NCBI GenBank assembly: GCA_040285825.1
Contig: JAUPSS010000004.1
Coordinates: 5,299,784 to 5,363,783 of the forward strand
Direction: 5' to 3'
Length of the DNA: 64,000 nucleotides
Origin: Eukaryota sp. TZLM1-RC
Taxonomy: Eukaryota > Protista > Metamonada: BaSk clade
Below the pieces are notes generated by a model. It saw only the letters and a list, made by a program, of their open reading frames with translations. It did not search any database and was not told the origin of the DNA. Below, one piece after another: positions 1-12,950 of the stretch (within the stretch, counting starts at the first letter, position 1; the number at the start of each line of letters is the position of its first letter). The position numbers and the translations under genes are program-made.

Positions 1-341
1 TGGATGAATGTTGAAATAGTATAAATGATGGAAGAGATGGAGAAAATTGCAGAGGCAGAAGTTGCAGAGGTAGTCAACGAGCAGGACCAAGAAGCAGATT
101 ATTCACTGGATGAGGAAGTCCTACCGATCCTTGTTATTTCAGAAATCTTTATGTTTCGGAGGACATTGAGGAGGAATGATATGATCTCAAATGCGTATTT
201 CTTTCGATACTTGAGTTATGGGTTTAGTATTTGTTAGTGGAAGCAAACATGTTTTATTCATAAAAATTTGACATGTCAGAAAGTAACAGCATTTTATAGG
301 CTAAAAAATACACCACCGTGTGGGAAAAATTTTGAACCTTG

Positions 342-361
342 CTTATTTCATTGTTACAGAC
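342..361 (+). promoter_or_regulatory. Conserved 20-nt motif CTTATTTCATTGTTACAGAC, copy 1 (24 nt before ATG 386)
   Basis: 18-19/20 identical to copies at 25540-25559 (+) and 56461-56480 (-). Function unknown. Confidence 0.7.
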
Positions 362-385
362 ATTGGTACAGACATTATCTGTACC

Positions 386-1471
386 ATGAACCTCTCTCAA
401 CTTCATCCCTACCAAGGACCAATCAAGTTTGAACCACATGAAGTTTCCCTTGGTTTTGAACAATCTGCTATTCATCGCGTCATGCGACAGCTCTCTACAC
501 ATTTATCATGTCGCTATAGGGATACGTTTCCACTTGAGGTAGGGGCATGTATTAAACTCTTAAACTCTCTTCTGAAAGAGAACACAAATAAACACGTTTT
601 TCACAACTGCGAAGGTATAAGTCTACTGTCAAGGCTTATTTCCCAGCCCACGTCTCTCTCCCCATCACTTCTGAACTGCATCGACCATCTTTGTTCGCTT
701 CCTGATCTTTGTACTGATCTCATATTTTCTGATATTCCCTCAAAATTATCTTCTCTGCTCACTAATAATCCTAACCCTAACCCTAACGCTGATCCTAACT
801 TGAGTATTTCTTTGGCTGCCTTGCAGACTCTATCTCTACTTTTGGAAAGATTTGCTGTTCTCAATGGAAAAGAATCTATTGCTAAAACATCTATTTATTT
901 ACCAAACCTGTTGTCAAGCTCACATCACCATGCCACTTCATCACCGTCACCATCTCATGCCACGTGTCAGTGTGTCATTTCTGCTTTACGGGCTATTTAT
1001 TCTGTTACTAGTTGTTTAGAATCAAAATCTTTTCTAACTCAGCCTGAAATTATAGGGGAATTTGCTGAAGGAATCAGTTCACTTTGCCAATCAAAATTGA
1101 TTGATAAGTTGATTGAAATCGGCCAAATTGATAAATTTAGGTATTTTTGTCTCAATATTGTTGGTGATTTAGTAAAATTTAAAAAAGGTTATGATGCAAT
1201 AATTCAATCAAATGTGATTGATTTGATTGCCAAGGGGTTAGAAACTGATGACGTGATGTCTTGCTTGTGGATTTTATCTTACTTGTCAATCAAATTTGAG
1301 GGAGCCCAGCTTATTTCTAAAAATATTAGGGTTTTAAGACATTTAGTAAGGATCAAATGTGATAAAAGAGTAGATAATGATATTAAATTCGAAGTTGTTT
1401 GTGATGTTCTATCTAGTATTAACAAGAATGATGAATTAAGTCGGGTTGTGAAATCTCTGTGTTGTGTTTAA
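386..1471 (+). CDS. ARM/HEAT-repeat protein (N-terminus weakly reminiscent of radial spoke protein RSPH14)
   Basis: Leu-rich helical ORF with ARM-like segments (EGISLLSRLI, ALQTLSLL, CLWILSYLS). First ATG is at 386; the track start at 320 is GTG. Confidence 0.55.
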   Translation: MNLSQLHPYQGPIKFEPHEVSLGFEQSAIHRVMRQLSTHLSCRYRDTFPLEVGACIKLLNSLLKENTNKHVFHNCEGISLLSRLISQPTSLSPSLLNCIDHLCSLPDLCTDLIFSDIPSKLSSLLTNNPNPNPNADPNLSISLAALQTLSLLLERFAVLNGKESIAKTSIYLPNLLSSSHHHATSSPSPSHATCQCVISALRAIYSVTSCLESKSFLTQPEIIGEFAEGISSLCQSKLIDKLIEIGQIDKFRYFCLNIVGDLVKFKKGYDAIIQSNVIDLIAKGLETDDVMSCLWILSYLSIKFEGAQLISKNIRVLRHLVRIKCDKRVDNDIKFEVVCDVLSSINKNDELSRVVKSLCCV

Positions 1472-1638
1472 TATTTTGTAATAAAACAAATTAATTAGTT
1501 TTATGAAAGAAGCAACACTACAATTTTTGTATTTAATTATTATTTTCAGAAAAATCAAAATCGCCAGGATAGAAGAAATTTATTAAAAAATAAGCAAGAT
1601 TGTCTAAAAGATGAAACACATTCAAGGAAAATTCAAAA

Positions 1639-4506
1639 CTAAATATTCAAACGTTGACCACTTTGTCCAACAAACTGGGCAATGCTGTTAACCAATTGGG
1701 CATGTTCCTGGCTCTTTAACATAGTAGATATATTAGGAGAAGACTTGACAACTTCAGTAAAAACGGAGTTGAAGTAGCCAATGGGATCAGGTACTTCAAA
1801 CCACTCTTCTTTAGGTGGAGTGGCATTCTTGAGGGTGGTATGCTGAGGTGAATAACCATTAGAATCTTCTTCTTGGGTCAAAGTTTGGTTAATTGTAATA
1901 GAAGATTCAGAGCTATCATTGACGGAAAGATTTATAATTACGGATAGTAATTCCAAAAATAAATGTGGTTTGTTGATAATAAACGTAGATTTAAGTAAGT
2001 TAATATTACCTACCATTACTAATTTTTTTCGATCTGCAGCCTTTAAAATATTCAAACCTCTCCAAGAAGAAGAGCACTCGGGGATCCAATAAGAGTTAAA
2101 AAATGTTTCAGTTAAACCAGATTGTAAATGCTCAAACTGTTGGAGAAGAGCATCACCACCAAACTTGTTAATGAAGAGACTGAGGGCTTCATAGAAACCT
2201 CGACGAAGAGTGATTGTTTGGGATTTGGTGTATCTTGTAAGTAATACTGAAAGAATTCCAGGCAAAAACTTGGAAAAACCTTCAAGGGGAACGTAATTGA
2301 AAAGTGACATTAAAAAGCCAAAAGAATAACGATCATTCTGACGACTGGCTGCCAGTTTCTGCCAAGGTCCCAGTAAAGGTTCAACCAAATTTAATCTTGA
2401 AATTTCAGTTTTGCCTCTTCTGACGTAGGCAGCAACAAGTCTTGAAAGCGATGGAACATTACCACGAATTTCCCAGAATTGAATGTTTAACAAATACTTG
2501 CGTAGAAGATCTACATAATTATCAGACCAAGGACCTGTGCCTTTTTCTAATAAAAAGGCAAGAATTTGAAAGACAAAAGGTTCGAAATCTTGAATGTCCT
2601 TGACTAAAACAACTGAGAATGGGTAGAACAATGCAGCCTCAAAAGCTTCCAAGACTTTTCCCGACTGGTCTTCAGTGGTCAAGACATTAATGACCGCAGC
2701 AATTCCCTCAAAAACGAAATAATTAAACGAAGGATTCGTGGGGTTTTTAACAATTTTCTCAAAGAATTGGATCAATGAACTCACAACCGTTTGAGCGTGG
2801 GGAAAAAGAACTTGGGAACTTGAATTAGTAATAACTGACACAACAGTTTTCATTACAAATTCATTTAACTCAGAGAATTTCTTATTAAAAGCTGCAAACA
2901 AGATACCCAGTAATTGACCAACAGCTTCACTAGTGAGGAGTTTGGGACCAATAGAAGTGTTCAACAGCTTATCAAGGCACCAAGAAGCAAATGAGTGTAC
3001 AATGAAAGCATCATGGGAGATGGAGTTGACAATAGTGGGGGTAACTGATGATAATGATGCCTCTGGAAGAAAACCTCTCAAGACAGTAATAAATCTAATA
3101 CAGGTGCAGATAACAATAGTATTTTCACCCTTGTTTAAGGCTGGGATAATAAAAGATTCGAATAAACTAATCAAATTAACCCCTTGTACCAATTCTGTCG
3201 CCCCTTTCTGAGGAGTTTCTGCTCTAATACCAACTGCCAAAGCTAGTAGAACAGCAGAGACTTGGGAAGACCAAGAAGAGCTCGCCAAAAGCTCAGTGAC
3301 ACGTGTTTGACAAATATTAATCATGTCAGCTCTAAATTCAGATGTCAAACCCCTCACAAGCTCAGTAGCAGCTCCTCTACGACTTGACGTTTCACCAACC
3401 AAACCAGTGTCTAATTCAGTAATGACAAACTGCCGGGGATCTTCTAGGGTCGTTTCAAGATCTTCATCTCTATAAGTGAGCAATGGTAAAGCTACTTGGT
3501 TGACGACAGCTTCCAAAATAGGCCGTGAATTAAATTTTTGTTTTTTGTTCGACCTAGCAATAGCGTCAAGGAAGAGAGTGGCTGAAATAGAGATTCCATC
3601 AAAGCGTGGCGCATCAGAAAGCCCAGAAATCAAAGAGAAAACATCTTGAAGGAAGAGGTCAATAAAAGGTTCAAAATTAGATTCGTATTTTGAACCATAG
3701 ATTCTAATCAAATCACATACTTTTTCTTTAATTTTCCAATTATTAGAGGGTGGATCGTCTCTTTCAGCATGGGGGTCATCCTCTGGTGAACCTAGCAATG
3801 TCCTAAACATTGACAAAATGTTTTGTTCTTGTGAAGCAAAGTTATCTTCAAAAAAAGCAGGTAGATCTGGTGTTGTGAGGTGCATTATGATGTCTAACGA
3901 GTACAGAATTCCTTGTTGGATCATCTTGTCCATTGGTGAAGTGGTGAAGGCCTTGATAAGATTAGTAAAAAGGGAAAGAAAAGGAGTGCAAAAGACAGAG
4001 TAGGGTTCCAGTACATGAAGCATTTCACGAATGAGTTCGTCAGACAAGGCGGCGCTGGAGTACTTGCGGAAGATTGCTTCAAAAGTGGCGAGAGCTCCAA
4101 TGAAATCGGTTTGGGAGGTGAATTTGGAAACAAGCTCGTCACGCAGGGTAGGCCAATTGGTGGGGTAATCGGTTTCAGCAATGGTGACTACGGCTTCCGA
4201 AAGTTGGGAACGAATGAGTTCAGGTACTTGAAGCATTAGAGTAACGATGTGTTGCTTGATGTAGGTCCGATCGTCGTCAGAGATAGCTGTGGATTGGTCA
4301 TCGGGATAGTATTTTCTAATATTGTTTTTGAAAAGGATTGATGCCGCTTGGATAATGGTGACATCTTGCGATTTGAATGATGCGATGAAATCAAGAAGAT
4401 GTCTGGTGAATCCTGTTTGCCTGGAGGAATCTTGTAACTGCTTGGCAGCTTCGGCCTGTGTTTGAGGGTTGAGGGTTTGTTGTAAAAGATTTGCAAGTTG
4501 GGACAT
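1639..4506 (-). CDS. CSE1: Exportin-2 / CSE1 (importin-alpha export receptor)
   Basis: 955 aa. IBN_N-type N-terminus (ASILFKNNIRKYY, QLSEAVVTIAETDYPTNWPTL), DLPAFFEDN, SRRGAATELV, NPTNPSFNYFVFE, WEIRGNVPSLSRL. Confidence 0.93.
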   Translation of the reverse strand: MSQLANLLQQTLNPQTQAEAAKQLQDSSRQTGFTRHLLDFIASFKSQDVTIIQAASILFKNNIRKYYPDDQSTAISDDDRTYIKQHIVTLMLQVPELIRSQLSEAVVTIAETDYPTNWPTLRDELVSKFTSQTDFIGALATFEAIFRKYSSAALSDELIREMLHVLEPYSVFCTPFLSLFTNLIKAFTTSPMDKMIQQGILYSLDIIMHLTTPDLPAFFEDNFASQEQNILSMFRTLLGSPEDDPHAERDDPPSNNWKIKEKVCDLIRIYGSKYESNFEPFIDLFLQDVFSLISGLSDAPRFDGISISATLFLDAIARSNKKQKFNSRPILEAVVNQVALPLLTYRDEDLETTLEDPRQFVITELDTGLVGETSSRRGAATELVRGLTSEFRADMINICQTRVTELLASSSWSSQVSAVLLALAVGIRAETPQKGATELVQGVNLISLFESFIIPALNKGENTIVICTCIRFITVLRGFLPEASLSSVTPTIVNSISHDAFIVHSFASWCLDKLLNTSIGPKLLTSEAVGQLLGILFAAFNKKFSELNEFVMKTVVSVITNSSSQVLFPHAQTVVSSLIQFFEKIVKNPTNPSFNYFVFEGIAAVINVLTTEDQSGKVLEAFEAALFYPFSVVLVKDIQDFEPFVFQILAFLLEKGTGPWSDNYVDLLRKYLLNIQFWEIRGNVPSLSRLVAAYVRRGKTEISRLNLVEPLLGPWQKLAASRQNDRYSFGFLMSLFNYVPLEGFSKFLPGILSVLLTRYTKSQTITLRRGFYEALSLFINKFGGDALLQQFEHLQSGLTETFFNSYWIPECSSSWRGLNILKAADRKKLVMVGNINLLKSTFIINKPHLFLELLSVIINLSVNDSSESSITINQTLTQEEDSNGYSPQHTTLKNATPPKEEWFEVPDPIGYFNSVFTEVVKSSPNISTMLKSQEHAQLVNSIAQFVGQSGQRLNI

Positions 4507-4586
4507 CGGCTAATAGCAAACTAATGTCAAATAGAAGTAACCCGTTGAGATGGCGGATAGAGACAAATTATCGTTCAAAATTACTG

Positions 4587-6290
4587 TTTTGACCTACTTT
4601 CTTCTTCAGGTGTTAAACAGGGCGATCCACTTGGTCCTTTTTTTGCTTAACAATTTATCCTTTAATGTGCGAATTAAATGAAAAATTCCCAGAAATAGAT
4701 ATTGTAACATATATGGATGACATTTCTGTCATTGCTCCTATCTCATTACTCAAACAAATAGCAATTTTTATTCAACAGCATTATAAAGATATTAATCTCT
4801 CATTCAAAATTGCCAAATGTCTGATTATTGGCCATGAACAAAGTGATTTGTTAACTCAATTTGGAAGTGAATTAGAATCAATAGAAATTTTAAATATATA
4901 AAAATTGAAATTCTTGTTTCTAAAAATTTGTTATTCTGGAAAGTTTACTCATATTTTGAGAACAACATCACCATCTATTTTTGTGGAATTTTGTCGTATT
5001 TTGAATGAACAAAAGACCAATTTTTTGGCAGAATTATTAGAAATAGATGCATCACAATTACGAAGCCACATTTTGGTGGTACAAATTTTGGTGGTGTTTA
5101 TTTTTCTAAATCAAGCAATTTTTGTAATTCTGCTTTTATTGGAGGTGGTAAAAATTAAATTTTTGAATTTGTAAATCGTTTTCCGAAACAAAATTGATCT
5201 CATTGAAAACTGTGGCAGCTCTTATCTTATTTCTTTGCAACAGGAAATTGAAACCCTTTCACCAAATATTTGGTCTAAATGTTTTCCCTCAGATATTGTG
5301 GAGCTTCTGCCAAGAATCTTGCTTTCCTTACCACTGACTTTTACAAAATTGCAGAAAAAAATCTTAAATTTTTTTAGAAAACTTGGATTTTATTGTAAAT
5401 GTTAGCATGGCTAAAGAAAAATGCCATTCTTCCAAACTTTTTGATTGATTTTGGAGAAGTTGCTCAAATTGCCTTATCTCCCGAATTGCCAACATTTACG
5501 GCCTTCTGCTCAATTATCACCAATGGACCAATGCGATGAGAATGAGATGTTTCCTATGGCCTTGTTCGTTACCAAATGATTTAAGTTGTCGCTGCAACAG
5601 TGTGGTTACGCTTTCCCATATTTTCAACTGCAAGTTTTTATAACTTATCGCTCAATTGTTCATGACTTAGTCTGTGATCAATTATATGCCATGTGCAAAC
5701 GTTTCAATATATATAAATATAGAGGCGTTGATTGAACCACTAGTACGTAAGCTGTCTCCAGATCAAACTGATGATTCCTTTGGTAAAAGAAAGGATAGAT
5801 TTAGTAGCTCCAGGGATCGATGTTGTTCTCAATGTTGTGGATGTTGTCTCAGTAGATGTTTGCAAAAATTCTTCTGCTCGTTTGGTGTATTCCGGTGATT
5901 CGCTGCTCTCTAACGCCGAAGAAAAGGTAAAAGAATACAAAGAACAATTGACACAATTAGGTGGAGTCGAAACTGTGAAATATCAGTTTGTGCTGTTTCC
6001 AATTTCTTATTTTGGCAATATTGGACCTTCAGGTCTACATTTGTTCAAAATTTCAAAAAAGTTTAACTAAATGGATCTCGTTGAGAAATGCATTCCACTT
6101 TCTGGTTAAGTAGAATTGTTTTTTGCATTTTCAAGTCTGTTCCAAAAATGATTTCTAAAGCTCTTTTTGCTATTGGTGTAGAATAAGAACGAAATGCTGT
6201 GAGTAGGTTTAGACACCGTGATGCTTGTTTGGAGGATATTGAATATTGGACAGACTTTTACTTCAATAAAAATACAGTTTACAAAATACA
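4587..6290 (+). mobile_element. Degenerate 5'-truncated RLE non-LTR retrotransposon, family B
   Basis: Collinear with about 32690-34500 (GVKQGDPLGP, YMDD, ...EDIE end, AATAAA), with many stops and frameshifts. Confidence 0.88.
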
Positions 6291-6554
6291 TTCAAAATCA
6301 ACAATATAATGTAAAGAATAAGTACCTCAAGCTCTCAAAAGTTTGTACCGCATCTTTTCAGCTAGTAAGTCTCGTATATGGTTGTCTGATGGAGTAGAAT
6401 GATAGAAACATCACGTGCGGTGGCTTAAAACTGTTGCAAGCTCAGTTTTTGTTTATTTATAAGAAAAATTATTTTATATTATAGAAAAGTAGTTAACATA
6501 TACAAAGTTTATTCTGGAAATCAATCAATCATAATTGAAGAAAATTGAATTGAA

Positions 6555-7727
6555 TCAGGTATAAACTACTTCAGAATCCTTAGCATCTCCATTTTCCTCT
6601 ACAAATTCATTAAATTCTGTACAAAATTGAGAACAACACCGAAAAACCTTTGAGTAAATCAATAGTATTGAGCCTCCACCCAGAAAAACCACTACAACCA
6701 CCAACAACGATGCCAAATTTTCCGTAAAGCTGTATTTTTCTGGTGAAAACTCACATAATGAATTAACAAGGCATGATCGAAAAAGCAAATTTAGAAAAAT
6801 AATAAAAGCTCTTCCGATATAATTAACCAATAAAAATAAAGAAAAACAAGTAACTGTGGTGAAATAAAAACGCCAAAACTTAATTAAACCATCTTCCACA
6901 TCACAGTTGTTGTTCATCATAACCAAACGACAAATATTATAAGAAGATAAAACAAGGAGGAGAATGATATATATGCAATGGTTGGAATAATTGGAAATTA
7001 TTATAATGTTGGAAATAAGTAAGAAATAAGTCGAAATTGATAATGACAATACGATACAACCTGGATAAGAAGACCAAAATGTACACAACAAGCACAAATA
7101 TTTAAAATATTCTCCATCAAAAATATAGTGATTATCTTCATTACGAACAACCCATAAAAGACCAACACAAAAACTACCCAATACCATTATAATTAATGGA
7201 AGACTAATAAAAAATGATGGCACTAGCAAAAGACCGTAAATAATGATAGGGAGGAAGGTGAAATTCCAATCCAAATCGTGATAGATGTTACAGAATCCAT
7301 CTGCACTAAAGCAGTAAGCATAGGAGAAATCCTCCCAAGGTTCGGTGAAGAACATGGACAGCGGTAAGGTTAAAATATAAAGAAAAAAGTGCGACAGCAT
7401 TGAAATGAAGAAAGGAACAGCAGCAACGATGAGAATCACAGAGATACGGGAGGCAAATCGGTTCGGAGTATCCATAGGGAAGATTATATCGGAGAGAGAG
7501 GGCCATGTGGCAAATGCCACGATAAATGAACATAACAAAAACCAAAAACCGATAAAGTTGAACAGTTTTAAATCAAAGAGAAAGGATAGGACTGATAGAG
7601 TAATTGCGACTCCTGTGACCAGAAGCAAAGCAAGATTGACCAGGATTGATTTGATGGAAGAAGAAAGTTTGTGTTTGAAAAGAAACTCAAAGAACAGTAC
7701 CAGAATATTATGACTAGAGGTTCCCAT
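6555..7727 (-). CDS. Multi-pass membrane protein of unknown function
   Basis: About 390 aa ORF with many hydrophobic segments and an acidic C-tail. ATG at 7727. Confidence 0.65.
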   Translation of the reverse strand: MGTSSHNILVLFFEFLFKHKLSSSIKSILVNLALLLVTGVAITLSVLSFLFDLKLFNFIGFWFLLCSFIVAFATWPSLSDIIFPMDTPNRFASRISVILIVAAVPFFISMLSHFFLYILTLPLSMFFTEPWEDFSYAYCFSADGFCNIYHDLDWNFTFLPIIIYGLLLVPSFFISLPLIIMVLGSFCVGLLWVVRNEDNHYIFDGEYFKYLCLLCTFWSSYPGCIVLSLSISTYFLLISNIIIISNYSNHCIYIILLLVLSSYNICRLVMMNNNCDVEDGLIKFWRFYFTTVTCFSLFLLVNYIGRAFIIFLNLLFRSCLVNSLCEFSPEKYSFTENLASLLVVVVVFLGGGSILLIYSKVFRCCSQFCTEFNEFVEENGDAKDSEVVYT

Positions 7728-7855
7728 CAACTTTGATGAGAAGTTGATGAATGAAGGGATGTTGAGGATACGAAACTGATCAATTTGATTGATGATGGGA
7801 AATTCCGTTTACACAATTTTCGTGCGGAATAATTACAAAATCTATCTACTCAGAT

Positions 7856-8226
7856 CGAAAAAAAGGAGATAAAAATATGAAGAACCTTTGGCACAGTTAG
7901 GTAGAGTGGAACATGTGAAATATCAGTTTGTGTCGTTTGCAATTTCTCTTTTTGGCAATATCGGATTTTCAGGGTTGCACGTTTTTGAAAATTTCAAAAA
8001 AGTGTTACTGAATAGGTAAAACAATGAATTCCACTTTCTGGTTAAAAAGAATTGTTTTTTGCATTTTCAAGTCTATTCCAACAATGATTTCAAAGGCACT
8101 TTTAGCTATTGGTGTAGAATATGAACGTAATGCTGTGAGTAGGTTCAGTGATAGTGAAGCTTGTTTGGAGGATATTGAATTCTAGATAGATTTGTTTATC
8201 TCAATAAATATTCCAGTTAGAAAAAA
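7856..8226 (+). mobile_element. Family B 3' fragment with 12-bp TSD ATCTACTCAGAT
   Basis: Matches about 34130-34500. TSD at 7844-7855 and 8227-8238; short A tail. Confidence 0.9.
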
Positions 8227-9065
8227 ATCTACTCAGATATTGAGGCCTTTCATTATCAGTTTTTTTGGCTTCAGCATTTGCAAACATATTCCGCATCATA
8301 AATAAAATATGAAAAGAAGCCTCTCTTTCACGTTCTCCCTGGAACAAGCGTTCTCGGTGTTGGAACGTTTGGTTGAAATCTCAAATGCAAGTATGATCCA
8401 ACAAATAATAATAACTGAAGGTTGATGCAATGTTGGATTTGATTTCTTAAATTGTATTGTGTGACAATTAATTGACAATTGGAACAAACGGGATGAAAAG
8501 AAAAAACATAACATAGGATTTATTGGATCAGTACATAATACTGAAATGTTTCCTTGTTATCAAAAGACAAACTGCACTAATTCCATCTTGTATTTTACTG
8601 AATCTATTTTGAATTCATCTAGTGGCATCACTCAAGGTGACCTTTTTGCACCTCTTTTACTCTGTTGGGAAATTCATCCAATTTTATTCCAAATCAGGAA
8701 AATATTTTTTTTTCATTAGAGATGATCGCTTAAATGGATGATGTTGTTCTTATAGGCGACTTAAAGATAGTGCAAAAGAGCAACGGTATTTTTTAAAGAA
8801 TTATTCAACAAAATTGGTCTCCAACTGAATGTGTTTTCTTTCAAATTCTCCAATTGAAAAATCGTTGATAGAATTACAATTCAAGCAAAATTATTTTCAT
8901 CTGATACAAATCATTATCTGGGTTCATTTTCAGGGAATATTGAAGAAATCTCCAAACATTTATTTGAAAGATTGAGTATTGGTTCTGACCAAACGATCAG
9001 GTTGGATAAACAGAAACTTATCAAATTTATTTTAATAAAACTTTGTTTCAATTGAAATTTCGATC

Positions 9066-11760
9066 GAAAAAAATTTTATTACCCATAAATATGGTATTAA
9101 TACCACAGATGGAGGCTCTTCAGCGATTTTTGCTACTGATGTTTTATTTCGCCAAAATGAATCCAATGTTTGTATGTCATTGGATTTTAGTAATGCTTTC
9201 AATTCACTAAGTCGTCGCAGTATCCATGGTGCTCTTTTGCAATATATGCCGGAATTAATACCGTATTTTCAATCAACATATTGCACATATTCTAATTTAC
9301 ATTTTGGCAACAACATTTTGAGTTCATCAAGTGGCGTAAAGCAAGGAGATCCGTTAGGACCTCTTTTGTTTTGTTTGGCCATTCATCCTATTTCACTGCA
9401 AATTCAAGAGATGTTTCCTTCACTAAAAATGATTGCATATATGGATGATGTTGTGCTTATTGGTGATTTAAATATTGTGAAACAAGCAACTGTATGTTTT
9501 TAAGAATTATATACCAAAAAAGGTCTCCGACTTAATTTACTTAAATGTGTTTTGTTATCGAATTCTCCAAGTTCCACAATAGTTGATGGTATTGAAATTC
9601 AAGCCAAATTATATTCAATTGATGCTATTCGTCATTTGGGTTCGTTTATAGGAAATAATGATGAAATTACCAAAAAATTGTTTGAAAAGTTGAACTCAAT
9701 TTCTGACAAAATTGACCGAATGATGAATTTAGATATAAAAAAATACATCAAATTAACCATTATAAGACTGTGTTTAAGTTCCAATTTTAATCATATATTT
9801 CGATCTACAAGTCCTCTCGTCACTAGATCTTTGGCTCAGAAGTTTAATGAGTTACATGCAAAAGTTCTGTCTCAATTACTGGGATGTAAAATGTTTCAAA
9901 TTCCAGATCATGCTTACCTTAGTCCACATTATGGCGGTTTAGTGTGGACGAAGGCTTCTATTCTTACCTCGTGTGCTTTTGTTGGTGGATGCAGAAATGC
10001 AATCTTTGAGTTTTCCGAAAGATTTGCAGATTGGGAAGATTTATTGATGACAACGCAAAGTTCCACTGTTTTTGCATTAAATGAAGAAATTTCAAGAATT
10101 GATGGAGAAAAATGGGGTCGAAGTTTTCCCCAATCATTCAATGGCAATATTCCAGAAAAAAATGTTTAAAATTTGAAGTACACTCTTCGAACATTACAGA
10201 AACGATTGACTGGAATGTATGAAAATGATCTTTATAATAATATATGCAGCTTGGCTGTTTTAAATCAAGATCTTCACTCATTGTTATTGGAAAAGGGTGT
10301 TTGTGATATTAAGTCGTCAGATTCTTCACTTTTTGTAACTATTGTACCACGAAGATTTGGATTGTGTGCCACTGATGAAGCATTTGTAACAAAAATGAGA
10401 TTATATTTGAACATCCCCATTAATCAATTTTAGATATTTATTTTTATCCAACAACAAATATGAAATACACAATTAAAACTCCACATCCTCAAAACCTGCC
10501 TCCCCTACATCAAAACAATTAATCGCTAAAGATTCAGAAAATTTCCCAAAAGAAGATAGTGAATCAGAAATTAGTGTTACCATTCCCTTAAAAATAGAAA
10601 ATACAATCCTGTTTTGCCAGTAAACACGATTGAAAATTCTTCCAGTTCTTTCCTTTACAACTACAACAAAATCCTCAAGGAAAGCCATAGCAGCCTTACC
10701 TAGAGATCCAAGCAAAGAAAAAACAAATGGACACAAATTATAATGGGCATGAGAATTTTCATTAACCGAGGAAATGGGTTTCGCATATTTAGCAATTTTA
10801 TATTTTTCGCCTGCAAGAAGAGGATTATTTACATCCGAGTTAATGAAATGTTCGTTAGAGGAATTACAAGGGTCAATAGACATGGCGTCCAAAATAGTAA
10901 AACTACCATTTAAACCAGGAACAACTAGATCACCTCTAGTCAGACCCATAGAAGCTCTGTTGTAACGCGTACTATCAATATTGGGATCATCAAGAATTAA
11001 TTTTGATAACAGCGGTTCTAAAAAGGAATCTACACGATATTAATCAATTATTATCAAAAGAAAAATGTATTTGTTCGAATTCACCTCAACTCACTTTGTG
11101 CCATGCTCCGAATTGCTCTAAATTGATAACTTATCGTTCTTCATTACATGATGCTGTTAGAGACACTGTTTTCAATATGGCACAAACTGCAAGGATATCG
11201 TGTATCAAAGAGTCCCTGCTGAAGGAAACACTTTCTCTGAATAATTTTGGTTCTGATGATAGAGGTGATGTATACTGTGATTGGATTGATAATTCTGAAG
11301 CTATTGTTGACTTTGTCTCATGTAATGTTGCAAATGATACTTTGGTTCACAGAAGAAAACTTAATCCTGTGGCTGCTCTGGATTTTAAAGCCAAAGAGAA
11401 ACATAGAAAATATGATAAAGATATTGAAGAGGCTAATGTCGATAGAAATACACAGCTGGTTTTTGTTGCTTTCCCATTTTCGATAAATGGAAGATTATCA
11501 GTTGAAGCAGAAACTTTTTTGAATGACTTTCAAAAAATGGTGCAAGAAAAAACAATGAAAAGATTTGATATATTTTTATGGCGTTCACGGATTCAATTTG
11601 CCATTATTAATAGATTACCTCGGTTTTTCAATCGAATAAGAGAAGCTTTAGCTAGACAGTAAGCAGTTCAAGATTTTGTAGAGGAAATCTTGGTTCAATG
11701 ATAGTCGTCCCATTAGTATTGAGTTAATTTAATTATTGTGCAAATTCAATAAATACAAGC
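9066..11760 (+). mobile_element. Family A RLE non-LTR retrotransposon, 5'-truncated, with stops, interrupted by a family D copy
   Basis: LDFSNAFNS, GVKQGDPLGP, AYMDD, CxC..H..C knuckle, RGDV..VDF..KEKHRKY endonuclease. Nearly identical to 21624-24334. Confidence 0.92.
10430..11038 (-). mobile_element. Family D 3' fragment nested antisense in family A, 11-bp TSD ATTAATCAATT
   Basis: Near-identical to about 29730-30330. TSD at 10419-10429 and 11039-11049. Confidence 0.92.
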
Positions 11761-12950
11761 AATTTTGATCATATATTTCGATCTATGGATCCTATTATCA
11801 CAAGGCCTTTGGCCCAGAAGTTCAATGAATTATGTACTAAGGTTTTGTCTCAACTGAGAGGGTGTTAATTGTACCAAATTGTCAATCATGCTCATCCTCA
11901 ATTACAATATGGCGGTTTGGGCTGGACTAAAGCCTCAGCTCTAACTTCATGTACTTTGTTGATGGATGCAGAAATGCTATATTTGAGTTTTCCGAAAGAT
12001 GAGCAAATTGGGAAGATTTATTAGTTACAATAGTTCTACTATTTTTGCATTAAATAACGAAATTTTGGAAATTGCGAAACGTGCATTTGATCTGAATCAC
12101 CTCACCTCACCTTACGTCATGCTTTATATAGTGTCCAAATGCTAATTGACTGTTCTTCATTACATGATGCTGCCAACGACACTATTCTCAAGATGACAAG
12201 AAATGCAAGAATTTCGTGTATAAAGAACCCATGTATTAAGGACAAATAATGAAAAGATTCAACGCCTTTTTGTGGCGGTCAAGAATACAATTTGCTACAG
12301 TTAATAAATTACCTCGGTTCTTTTATGGAACAAGAAAAGGCAATGGCAAGAAAACCAGCACAACAGCAATTTGTAGAGAAAATGTTGGTTTATCGAGTTT
12401 TGTCCCATTAGTTCTGATTTCATTTTATTAAGTGCTGTAGTTCAATAAAATTCTTGTTTGAAACTCTTATCATGGTTGTGTTGGACACTGAGGTAGTTGT
12501 CTACAATGATGCAGTTTGAAGCAAACAGGATTTTACTGCGAAAGCAGATTATTCAATGTGACATAGGTATTTTACAAAATCAAAATCAAATTCCATTACA
12601 ATAATGGAGGACGACCAAAAGTTTTGAACATGAGACTACAATGCTGAACACCGATCGTAATTTTCAAATGGTTAAGTTAAACCTTCTTTGTAAGGGATTA
12701 GCCAACTTCAAGATAACTGTTCAAGGTTTTTTACCAAAATTGTTCACGTAAAGTCCGAATCACCATCAATGAGTCCCAAATTAATCTTTGTAAAACCAAT
12801 TTAGGTCCAGCAAGTTTTGCTTTAATCAATACAATGTAGTAAAATGGAAAAAATGCAGTGAACCAATGAATTAACAATAAAATAAATAATACTACCTTTA
12901 TCAAGAAATAGATACCAGTTCCAGTATCACAAAGCTACAAACTAAAAAAA

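Larger units (their letters stand above)
8590..12450 (+). mobile_element. Old, heavily decayed family A-related element (8590-9055 and 11761-12450), split by a younger family A copy
   Basis: Eroded QGDP/MDD and FLWRSRIQFA motifs. Sequence resumes after imperfect TSD AATTT(C/T)GATC at 9056-9065 and 11761-11770. Confidence 0.7.
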
